A stretch of DNA of 64,000 nt from an uncultured Clostridia bacterium. Its GTDB lineage: Bacteria > Bacillota > Clostridia > Christensenellales > CAG-138. Below are positions 53,770 to 63,800 of the stretch, piece by piece. The stretch lies in contig CAKTYU010000001.1 of NCBI GenBank assembly GCA_934633985.1, forward strand, positions 93,500 through 157,499, in the 5' to 3' direction. The stretch's first letter is position 1, and the number at the start of each line of letters is the position of its first letter. Made by a program: the position numbers and the translations under genes. Under the pieces are notes generated by a model that saw nothing but the letters and a program-made list of their open reading frames with translations, was not told the origin of the DNA and ran no database searches.

Positions 53770-55032
53770 GTGATAGTAAGAGAAACGCTTCCAAACGGCA
53801 TAAGGCTCATAGCTCAGGAGATGACCGGCTTCCGCTCAGTATCCATGGCGGTATGGATAAAGGCCGGCTCGGTTTACGAGATCGGCGCGGAATCCGGCAT
53901 ATCCCACTTTATAGAGCACATGGTGTTCAAGGGGACGCAGGGTAGAAGCGCCTCCGATATAGCTGCGGAGATGGATGCGGTGGGCGGCAGCATAAACGCC
54001 TATACCGCCAAGGAATGTACCTGCTTTTATGCAAAGGTGCTGGGCGAAAACATAGAACTTGCGGCGGACATGCTCAGCGATATAGCCTGCTGCCCCCGCC
54101 TTGACCCGGCGGATATCGAGAGGGAAAAGGGCGTCGTGTGCGAGGAGATACTCATGCTGGAGGACGACCCGGAGGATCTTGCCCATGAGACGCTAAGCGC
54201 CGTGATATACGGGGACAGCCCTCTTGCAAGGCCGATACTGGGCACACAGGACACCGTGCGGGCTTTTACGCGGGAGGACATACTTTCATATATGGACAAG
54301 CGGTACGTGCCCCAAAACATGGTGGTGTCCTGCGCGGGCAACTTCAAGATGGAGGAGCTCAGGGCTGCGGTGAACAAGCGCTTTGACAGGCGGGGCGCGG
54401 GCGGCAGCTATGTGCCGCCAAAAAACGAGCTTATAAGGGAAAGGCGCTTCAGGGCGGTGGAAAAGGACATAGAGCAGGTGCATATATGCCTTGGCTTCCC
54501 CGGCTTTCCGGGGGATACAGAGGAGCAGTTTGCGCTGCTGGTGCTGAACAACACCCTCGGGGGCAGCATGAGCTCGAGGCTTTTCCAGAAGATACGCGAG
54601 GAGCACGGGATGGCGTATTCCGTGTATTCATACCCCACGAGCTATTCGGATACCGGCTACTTCACCCTCTATGCCGGAACCGGCGAAAAGCAGGCCGCAA
54701 GGGTGGTGGAGCTTATGCTCCGGGAGATAGAGTCCGTCAAGAGAGACGGTATAACCGGGGAAGAATTTGCCCGCAGCAAGCAGCAGCTAAAGGGCAATTA
54801 CCTATTGGGCCTTGAAAGCACCTCCTCTCGCAGCAGCTCCCTGGGGCGCGGCGAGCTGCGTGGCAGGGTATACGCAGACGAGGAGCTTATACGCCGCATA
54901 GAGGGCGTTACCATGGAAAGCGTGGAGGCCGTCATTCCGAAGGTGCTGGATACGGAGAGGATGGCAGGGGCCTTCATTGGCAGGGTGAACAAGAGGGAAA
55001 GCGAAGTAAAGAGGATATTCGAGACGGCATAG
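53770..55032 (+). CDS. M16 family zinc peptidase (MlpA/YmxG-like)
   Basis: HFIEHMVFKGT (HxxEH zinc motif). 420 aa with a GTG start. Confidence 0.85.
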   Translation: MIVRETLPNGIRLIAQEMTGFRSVSMAVWIKAGSVYEIGAESGISHFIEHMVFKGTQGRSASDIAAEMDAVGGSINAYTAKECTCFYAKVLGENIELAADMLSDIACCPRLDPADIEREKGVVCEEILMLEDDPEDLAHETLSAVIYGDSPLARPILGTQDTVRAFTREDILSYMDKRYVPQNMVVSCAGNFKMEELRAAVNKRFDRRGAGGSYVPPKNELIRERRFRAVEKDIEQVHICLGFPGFPGDTEEQFALLVLNNTLGGSMSSRLFQKIREEHGMAYSVYSYPTSYSDTGYFTLYAGTGEKQAARVVELMLREIESVKRDGITGEEFARSKQQLKGNYLLGLESTSSRSSSLGRGELRGRVYADEELIRRIEGVTMESVEAVIPKVLDTERMAGAFIGRVNKRESEVKRIFETA

Positions 55033-55057
55033 GCCGCATATAAAAAAAGGAGCGCAG

Positions 55058-56215
55058 ATGGCGAGGAGAAGAAAAGTAAGGTTCAGCGGAAGGTTTTACC
55101 TTACCATGCTGGTGCTGTTAGGCATAGTTGTGGCACTGGTGCTGATAATACCCAACGGCGGGGGCGGCACGCTGAAAAACGCCGCTATGGAGGCGAGGCT
55201 GACGCCGGAGACCGTAATAATACGCAATGAAAGCACCGTGGCGGTGGACAAGTTCGATATGGTGGATCATCTCGTGGACGAGGGCGCCAGCGTAAACGCG
55301 GAGGTGCCGGTGGCTACGGTGTACAAATGGGGATACAGCAGCGAGCTTGCCCAGTCCTTAGTTACGATACAGCAGAAGATATACGCCAAGCAGCTTTCGA
55401 TATTGGACGGCATAGAATCCACCGAGCTGACCTCGGTGAACGGACAGATAGCGGAGCTTAAGGGAAGGATAGCCGCCAACGTATCAGAGGGCGGCGAGGA
55501 CGATCTGCTTGAGCTTGAGCGCAGCATGAAGGAGCTGCTCAACCAGCGCACGGTATACCTTAAAAATTCCGTGCAGGCAGATGTGGAGCTTAATTCCCTC
55601 TATTCCGAGGAAACGGCGAAGCTGGCCCAGATAGCCGAGTATACCAGCACCGTGAACGCCAAGATGACCGGCTTAGTTAGCTTTTATTTCGACGGCTATG
55701 AGCTGGTGCTCAACGGGGAAAAGCTGGACGTCGTCAGCGCGGACGTAATAAAAAAGATAATCAACGGCGAAAGCGGCGTCAACGCCGCCACCAGCGAGAG
55801 CCTTCTGTTCAGGCTGGTGGACCCGAACAAATGGTATGCCGCCTTCATCACCTCCCCCTCAGAGGGGGCCAGCCTTATGGGAGGGCAGACGTATACCGTG
55901 ACCTTCGAGGGCATGAATGACGTAACATACACGGCTAACGCTATGGAGCCTGTGGTGTGCGACGGCGGCATAGTCAACATGCTGGAGTTTACCGAGAACA
56001 TAGGCGAGCTGCTGAGCATCCGCGTGATAAAGGCGACGGTGACGGCACAGCTTTCCGGCCTTGAGATGAACGCCGCCGCGGTAAAATCCAAAAACGGCAA
56101 TAGCTACATAACCACCAGCACCGGCGACGTCCCGGTGACGGTGATAGCCGTAAACGGCGACAAGGCGCTCATAACGGGCGATGGCCTCGTTGAGGGCATG
56201 AGGTATAAAAAATAA
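55058..56215 (+). CDS. Membrane-anchored HlyD-like (barrel-sandwich/coiled-coil) protein
   Basis: N-terminal TM, a central coiled-coil-like region, and beta-rich ends. Family assignment is tentative. Confidence 0.35.
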   Translation: MARRRKVRFSGRFYLTMLVLLGIVVALVLIIPNGGGGTLKNAAMEARLTPETVIIRNESTVAVDKFDMVDHLVDEGASVNAEVPVATVYKWGYSSELAQSLVTIQQKIYAKQLSILDGIESTELTSVNGQIAELKGRIAANVSEGGEDDLLELERSMKELLNQRTVYLKNSVQADVELNSLYSEETAKLAQIAEYTSTVNAKMTGLVSFYFDGYELVLNGEKLDVVSADVIKKIINGESGVNAATSESLLFRLVDPNKWYAAFITSPSEGASLMGGQTYTVTFEGMNDVTYTANAMEPVVCDGGIVNMLEFTENIGELLSIRVIKATVTAQLSGLEMNAAAVKSKNGNSYITTSTGDVPVTVIAVNGDKALITGDGLVEGMRYKK

Positions 56216-56254
56216 AGGCATAAGCGGCAAAGGCCGAAAGGACGGTGGCTTATT

Positions 56255-56959
56255 TTGAGCATAAGGGATAATTACCTGACGGTTATGGAGAACATAGCCT
56301 CCGCCTGCGCCCGGTGCGGGCGGGGGGAGGATGAGGTGACGCTCATAGCCGTTACCAAGTTCGTGGATACGGGGCGCATAGCCGAGGCGGTGGCCGCGGG
56401 GGCGCGCCATGTGGGCGAAAACAGGGCGCAGGAGTTCAGGGACAAGCTGGATTTTTTCAAAGAAAACGGCCTTGACGCGCATTTGATTGGACAATTACAG
56501 ACCAATAAGGTAAAATATGTAATAGGTAACGCAAGCCTTATACAGTCAGTGGACAGGCTTGAGCTCGCCAAAGAGATAAGCCGCCTTGCGGTAAAGGCGG
56601 GCATTACCCAGAATGTGCTTGCCGAGGTGAACATCGGCGGCGAGGCTCAAAAGGGCGGGATAGCCCCATGCGAGCTTAAGGACTTACTTTCGATAATTTC
56701 CGAGCTGCCCGGCATAAGGGTGAAGGGGCTCATGTGCGTGCCTCCTGCTGTGGGAGAGGAGGAGGCTCAAGTGTACTTCGCCTCTATGAGAAGGCTATTT
56801 GAGGATATCGCGTCGGCGGGCATCCCCGGCGTGGATATGCAGGAGCTTTCGATGGGCATGAGCGGGGATTATAGATCGGCCATAAGGGAAGGCGCTACTA
56901 TGGTACGGGTGGGAACGGCCATATTCGGCGCAAGACCGGCGGCTGCGGCGAGGGCGTAG
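56255..56959 (+). CDS. yggS: YggS/YlmE family PLP-binding (PLP homeostasis) protein
   Basis: Contains LIAVTKF (PLP Lys), HLIGQLQTNKVKY and LSMGMSGDY. Confidence 0.9.
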   Translation: MSIRDNYLTVMENIASACARCGRGEDEVTLIAVTKFVDTGRIAEAVAAGARHVGENRAQEFRDKLDFFKENGLDAHLIGQLQTNKVKYVIGNASLIQSVDRLELAKEISRLAVKAGITQNVLAEVNIGGEAQKGGIAPCELKDLLSIISELPGIRVKGLMCVPPAVGEEEAQVYFASMRRLFEDIASAGIPGVDMQELSMGMSGDYRSAIREGATMVRVGTAIFGARPAAAARA

Positions 56960-57049
56960 AGACAGATAGTCCCGAGCCGGACTGTTACCACAGTGTTTTT
57001 CTCCAAGCGCCAATTAAACATTTTATTTTAATTGAATGGAGGAGACAAC

Positions 57050-57502
57050 ATGGCAGGAATTCTTAACAAGCTGATGGACTTTATCGGCATCGAAGATGTG
57101 GACGATGAAGCGTACAACGAAGATTACTTCAACGACGAGCAGCAATCTATGGCTGAGGACAACGTAGTCAGCCTCGGCAACCGCGGCAGGAGAAAGACCG
57201 CCGCCGGCAATAACGTGGTAAGCCTTCCCACGGCGGCGCCCATGAAGATGGTGGTGTATCATCCCGTAAGCTATGAGGATACCCAGAACATCATCGACAA
57301 CCTTAAGAGCCGCAAACCCGTTATCGTCAATATGGAAGAGCTGGAGATCGACTGCGCACAGCGCATACTGGACTTCATGGCGGGCGCTATCTATGCCCTC
57401 GATGGGACCATATACAAGATTTCCCGCGGTATATTCGTCGTAGCTCCCACCAACTATGACGTTATCGGCAACGATGACCGTACCGACGTTGACGTGATCT
57501 GA
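57050..57502 (+). CDS. sepF: Cell division protein SepF
   Basis: Starts MAGILNKLMDFIG and contains PVSYEDTQNIIDNLKSRKPVIVNM and FVVAP. Confidence 0.9.
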   Translation: MAGILNKLMDFIGIEDVDDEAYNEDYFNDEQQSMAEDNVVSLGNRGRRKTAAGNNVVSLPTAAPMKMVVYHPVSYEDTQNIIDNLKSRKPVIVNMEELEIDCAQRILDFMAGAIYALDGTIYKISRGIFVVAPTNYDVIGNDDRTDVDVI

Positions 57503-57573
57503 TAAAGGCTGCATTTCAGACTGTGCGGGGCTTGCCCCCGCACAGGGCTGCAACTGCGAAACTCAGAGGTAGC

Positions 57574-57780
57574 ATGAACAGGAGCGACATAGTAGAAAAG
57601 CGATTCAACAGGGCCTTTTGGGGCTATGACATAGTCGAGGTGGATCAGTTCCTCGACGAAATGATTAAGGAGCTGGAGCGCATGGAGCAGGAAAGGAAGC
57701 TCCTCGAGCTGCGTAACCAGATGCTTCTCGACCGTATGGCGCGGGACGGGATAGCCCTAAGCGAGGAAGATAAAAAATAA
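57574..57780 (+). CDS. Short DivIVA-domain protein
   Basis: IVEKRFNRAFWGYDIVEVDQFLDEM is a DivIVA N-terminal motif. The start is moved to ATG 57574. Confidence 0.7.
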   Translation: MNRSDIVEKRFNRAFWGYDIVEVDQFLDEMIKELERMEQERKLLELRNQMLLDRMARDGIALSEEDKK

Positions 57781-57807
57781 AGGGAAAAAGCATAATTGAG
57801 AATAAAC

Positions 57808-57832
57808 GGCCGGCGCTGTCCGGCCTTTTTGT
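57808..57832 (+). terminator. Intrinsic terminator
   Basis: GGCCGG-cgctgt-CCGGCC followed by TTTTTGT. Confidence 0.8.
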
Positions 57833-57894
57833 ATGTTAATTTTTAAGCCCCCTGCCAATACTAAAAGGACTATGCAAAACACGGGGAGGCTAAA

Positions 57895-60800
57895 ATGCTG
57901 CCAAACAGGACATATAACGAATTGAACGAGAGCTGCTTTTCGCAGACCGAGCTCAGCGAGGAGGCAAGGCTCCGCGCCGGGCTTTCCGCCAGAAAAAACA
58001 GGCGAAGCTCGCTTCAGCTCACCGCTGACAGGAAGGCACTCATTGCCGCATACAGAAAAACGCAGGAAGGGGAGGAGCAATGGGGCGCTCTCGAAGCGCT
58101 GTTCCGGGATTTTTATATAGTCGAGCGGGTGCTTAACGGCTGCGACGAAAGGCCCAGGCGGCTGCCCGTGCTGCTGCATGGGAGCCATGCGGGGCTACCG
58201 CGGGTATACGATATAGCCGCCTGCATTGCGGGCAGACGGGACGGGCACGTAGACGAGGCCACGGTATACGCCTTCATGGAGGCGTATCAGGGCGTAACGC
58301 CGCTGACGATGGCGGAGGTGGCGGAGCTTCCCAATATGCTCAACGCGGCGCTGATAAAGCTGCTTGCGCTGGAATGCGAAAGGGCGCTGGAGGCGGAGGA
58401 CTCGCTGGAGGCGGCAAGAAACGCGGCTGCCCAGCTTGAGAGGATAGGGGAGCGGGCGCGGCGGGAGGCGGTAATAGACAGGCTGGAGCTTGGGGAAAAC
58501 GCAGTGCTGTGCGAGTGCCTGTACGGAATGATGAGGGAGCGCGACGAAGGCATAGCGGAGCTTATGGCGGCGAAGCTGCGGCTGGAGGATAAGAGCATAG
58601 ACGGGCTTTGCGCAAAGGCCGCGGCCATGCGGCGGCGCAGCGCCCAGCGGGCGGATAACGCCATAAGGAGCCTAAGGTGCATAGGCTGTATGGACTGGGA
58701 CAAGGCCTTTGAGGAGCTCAGCGTCACTGACAGGGAGCTTAGGCGGGACGGGGTATACGGCAGCATGGACGGGCGCAGCAGAAGCTATTACCGCGCCTCC
58801 GTGGAGCGGCTCTCAGCGCGGCTCGGGGCGGCGGAGCAGGTCATCGCCCGTCAGGCGGTGCGCCTCGCCCAGGGCGGCGAGGGCAAGGAGGGGCAGGCGG
58901 GCTGGTATCTTTTCATGGAGGGCCGGGAACGGCTCTACAACGCGCTCAGGCCGGATATGCGCTTTAAAAAGGGCGGCGAGGATAAAAAGCTGTGGAAATT
59001 CGAGATATTCAACATAGCCCTTGCCCTGCTGCTCATACGGCTGGGGGCGGCGGCGGGCATAGCGCCGCTGATACTTGCTATAATCCCCGCGTGGACGGTG
59101 GCCTCCGGCATAAGCGTAAGGCTGTGGCTGCGGTTCAGCCCCCGGCGGGTGATACCGAGGATAGCGGAGGAAAACCTTAACGGAGGCAATAAGACGCTCA
59201 TAGCGGTACCCGCGCTGGTGACAGACGAGGAGTGCCTGCGGGCGGTATTTGAGCGCATGGAGGAGCACTACCTCGCCACGCGGCTGAAGGGCTGCTGCTA
59301 CGCAGTGCTGGGGGATTTTAAGGACAGCCCAAAGGAGCGCGAGCGGGGCGAGGGTGGGCTTTTGAATCTAGAGAGGGAGCTTACGGCGCGGCTGAACAAA
59401 AAGTATCCATCCGGGGAAGAAAAGCCGCTGTTTTACTGCCTGCACAGGCGCCGCAGCCTTGCCGCGGCGGACGGCGTATATATGGGGCGGGAGCGCAAGC
59501 GGGGAGCGATATGCGACCTCGTCCGGCTTATATGCGAGGGGGAAAGGGAGCCCTTCTGCCTTATTACGGGCGAGCTGCCTAAGGGGATAGAATACTGCAT
59601 AACGCTGGACAGCGATACCGTGCTTCCGCCAGGGGCGGCGGCGGAGCTCATAGGCTGCATGGAGCATCCCCTGAACGCGCCGGAGGTATCCGGCGGGACG
59701 GTGCGCCGGGGCTACGGCATGATAGCGCCGCGCATGGCGTCCACGCCCAAGGGGGCGGCAAGGAGCTTTTTTGCGAGGATAATATCCGGCTCCGCCGGTG
59801 TGGACGGCTACTTTCCCACGGCGCCGGAATTTTATCAGGACGTGTTCGGGTGCGGCTCCTTTGGCGGCAAGGGCATATTCCGCATACGCACATTCATGGA
59901 TACCGCAATGCGCTGGATACCCGAAAACACCGTGCTCAGCCACGATATGCTGGAGGGCTGCTTCTGCGGCTGCGGCTATGCGGGGGATATCGCGCTTTAC
60001 GACAGCGAGCCCGACTCCTTCATAGCGTGGTGGAAGCGGCAGCACAGATGGCTAAGGGGGGATTGGCAGCTACTTCCGTTTTTAAGGGACTGGATAAGGG
60101 ACGCGGAGGGGGTGAAGCGGGACAACCCCTTAAGCTGGCTCTCCAAGCGCAAGATACTCGACAACCTAAGGAGGTGCATACTGCCCGGGAGCGTGCTTTA
60201 CGCGGTTCTGCTCATGCCATATACCGGCGGGGGCTGGCACATAGCGCTGGCGCTCTTCGCCCTGTGCGACGGCTTTTTTACCGAGCTTATCACACTGCCT
60301 TTTCGGGCGGCGCTCACCCGCAACGCAGATCCCTTGGGCATGGCGGCGGATATGCTTACGCCCGCCGCGCGGGCGGGGCTGGATATAATGGCGCTGCCAT
60401 ATGCCTCGGCACGCTCCGGCGACGCCCAGCGGCGCACGCTTTACAGGATGTTAGTATCCCGCAGGCACATGCTGGAATGGCAGACGGCGGCGCAGGCCAA
60501 CTCAAGGCCAAGGGGGATAAACGGCTACTATGGCGCGCTGTGCGTATGCCCGCTCATGGGCATAATCATGGCGGCTGGGGCGATACTGGGCAAAACGCCC
60601 GTCATAGCGGCGCTCTTCGCCGCGCTGTGGTGCGCTATGCCGGCGGCGATATGGGCGCTGGACAAAAGGCCGCCCAAGGAGGTGCTGAGGATAGGCGACA
60701 GGGAGCTTCTTGAGGATATAGCGGAGAGTACGTGGGCGTTTTTTGAGGCGTTTGCCGGGGAGGGCAGGGGCTGCCTGCCTCCGGATAACCTCCAGCAGGA

Positions 60801-63800
60801 GCCGGAAAAGCGCCCTGCGGTAAACACGTCTCCCACGAATATAGGCATGGCGATGGCTGCGGCGGTCGCCGCGGCGGAGCTGGGGCTGATCACGGCGGAC
60901 GAGCTGGAAAAGCGGCTCTCCTGCACCATGGATACAGTGGATAAAATGCAGAGGTGGCACGGGCATCTATACAACTGGTACAGGACGGACACGCTGGAGG
61001 TAATGAGCCCAAGGTACGTTTCCACCGTAGACAGCGGCAATTTCTGCGCCTGCCTTATCACGGGCGCAATGGCGCTAAAAAAATACGGCCGCGAGGATAC
61101 GGCGGCGCGCCTTGAGCGGGCGGCGTTGGAAACGGACTTTTCGGCGCTCTACGATGGGGAACGGCGGCTTTTCAGGATAGGGTATGACGGGGACTCCTGC
61201 GAGCTGTCCGATTCGTGGTACGACCTGCTGGCCTCGGAGTCGCGCCTGACGAGCCTTATCGCCGTGGCCCTGGGCGGCGTAAGGCCGGAGCACTGGTTCA
61301 AGCTCGGGCGGCAGATGGCCCCTGTGCTGGGCGGCACTCTGGTATCCTGGAGCGGCACCATGTTCGAGTACCTTATGCCGGTGCTTTTTACCGGCGCGGC
61401 GCCGGATACGCTGCTTTACAATAGCTGCAAAAACGCCGTGAAGGCGCAGAAGCGGCAGCGCTATGGCGGGGTATGGGGCATATCCGAGTCGGGCTACTAT
61501 GCCTTTGACCGCAATATGTACTATCAGTACCGGGCCTTCGGCTTGGGGCGGCTGAGCCTTATGAGCTGCCGGGAGCGCGGCAGGGTGATATCGCCCTATT
61601 CTACCATGCTCGCCTTGGCCTTCGATCCGCGGGGCGCCTGCGAAAACATAAGGCGCCTCGCGGAGGCGGGCGGCTCAGGGCCATACGGCATGTACGAGGC
61701 GCTGGACTATACCGAGGGCCGGAGGGACGCGAGGACGGATCACGCCGTGGTTAAGAGCTTTATGGCGCACCATCAGGGCATGAGCCTGTGCGCCATAGCG
61801 AACGCGCTGTGCGACGGGGCGATAACCAAGCACTTCATGTCATACCCCGCGATGCGCGCCTTTGAAATACTTACGGAGGAGGCCGCCCCAAAGAGGGGGA
61901 TACGCATAAAGCCGCTTCACTCCGCCGAGGGCAAGGTTCAGAAAAACGGCGCGCGGAGGAGGGCGAGGCCGCGCATAATACGCGAAAGGCACGGCATACC
62001 CGAGTGCCAGCTTTTGACCAACGGCAGCTATACGCTGTTTTTGACCGAGGACGGAGATGGCTTTTCGAGGTGCGGCGATATAATGCTCACGCGCTGGCGG
62101 CCCGACAGCATACGCGGCGGGAACGGGGTGCGGATAGTGGTGCGGTGCGGGAACGAGGCATGGGACACCGCAAGGGGCGCGGAGGCCGTTTTTTATCCGC
62201 ACAGGGCGGAATTTAACAGCGCCCGCGGCGGCATATCCTGCCGGATGGAGATATGCGCGGCAGCCGGACAGAACGGCGAGGTGCGGCGCATCACCGTAAA
62301 AAACACCGGCGCGGAGGAAAGGCATATAGAGATAGGGGCGTTTTTTGACGTGTGCATGAGCCGGCAGGCGGCGGATACGGCCCACCCCTCCTTCAACAGG
62401 CTGACGGTGGACGCCCACATGAGAGACGGCGCGCTGCTTTTTGAAAAGCGGGGAAGGGACGCGGGCTGGCTCTGCTGCAGGCTCATATCGAAGGGGCAGG
62501 TGCATTACTGCGCGGACAGGCTCAAGGCGCTGGGGCGGCTCAAAACGCCGGAGCAGGCTATGCTGCAGCCTATGCCCCAGGCGGAAAGCGCCGAATGTCC
62601 GGTGCTTCCGTATTTCGGGGCGCGGAGCGAGGTGGCGGTGGCTCCCGGCGAGGGGCAGGAGCTTTGGCTGATCATGGGCTATGCAGAGAGCGAGGAGCGC
62701 GCGCTGGAGGATTGCCGCGAGCTGCACGGAAGGCTTGGCGATTGCTTTGCCATGAGCGAGGCGCAGACAGACGGCCTGCTTAGGGAGACCGCCACGGAAT
62801 ACGGCAAGGCGGAGCTTTTTGAAAGGATGGCGGCAAGGCTGCTGCTGGAGATACCCGTAAGGCACGGCGCGATAGGGCCGGGAGGAAGGGAGGCGCTCTG
62901 GCGGCACGGCATATCCGGCGATAGGCCCGTGGTGCTGGCGGAGATACGGCGCATAACCGAGCTTAGGCTGCTGCGCTCACTTATGGAGTTTTCAAAATAC
63001 ATGGCGAAAAGGCTTTTGCCCGTGGATGTGATTGCGGTGGGCCGCTACCCCGGCGAATACAGAAACGAGCTGCGGGAGCGCATGGCGGCTATAATGGCTG
63101 AGGAGATAGGCTGCGGCAGGGCGCACCTTATCAACGGCTTTGAGCTTAAGGAGGGGGAGATGGCCGCGCTGCGCTGCGCCGCCATGCTGGAAATAAGGGC
63201 GGATACGAGCCTGAACAGGCAGCTTGCCCCAACCGCCGCAGGGGAGGCGGAGCTGCGAAGCTATAACGGCTATAAGCATGGCTGCATAGACATAATGCGG
63301 CCGGAGCTGAGCTTTGACAACGGCTTGGGCGGCTTTGACAGGAACGGGGAATACGCGATCACCCTTGAGGCGGGGCAAAGCCTGCCTATGCCGTGGTGCA
63401 ACGTCATAGCCAACGATACCTTCGGCTGCATAGTTACGGAGCGGGGCGGCGGGCATACCTGGCGGGGCAACAGCCGGGAGCATAAGCTCACCCCGTGGTA
63501 CGATTCCCCCGCCGAGGATACGCAGGGAGAGCTTCTGCTGATAACCGACACGGCGAGCGGCGAGACGTTTTCGCCCTTTGCAAGCCTTATGCAGGGGCGG
63601 CGCATAATACGGCACGGCTACGGCTATTCGGAGTTCCTGTCAGGGGACTGCGGGCTTAAAACCAGCCTTACCGTGTTCGTGCATGAGCGGCTGAACGCAA
63701 AATACTCGGCGCTGAGCATAGAAAATCCCGGCAGAGAAAGGCGGGAGCTCAGCGTAATGTACGGGGTGGAGTGGGCGCTGGGGCCGGAGCAAAGGAGACA

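Noticed and set aside
58287-63615. Numerous 60-355-aa ORFs on both strands (for example 59850..60713(+), 61840..62907(-), 62992..63615(-)) could be the genes of this region.
   Set aside because: All lie inside or antisense to the single continuous frame 57895..64000, which carries recognisable GT84/GH94-type motifs. Their compositions are Arg/Gly/Pro/Ala-rich.
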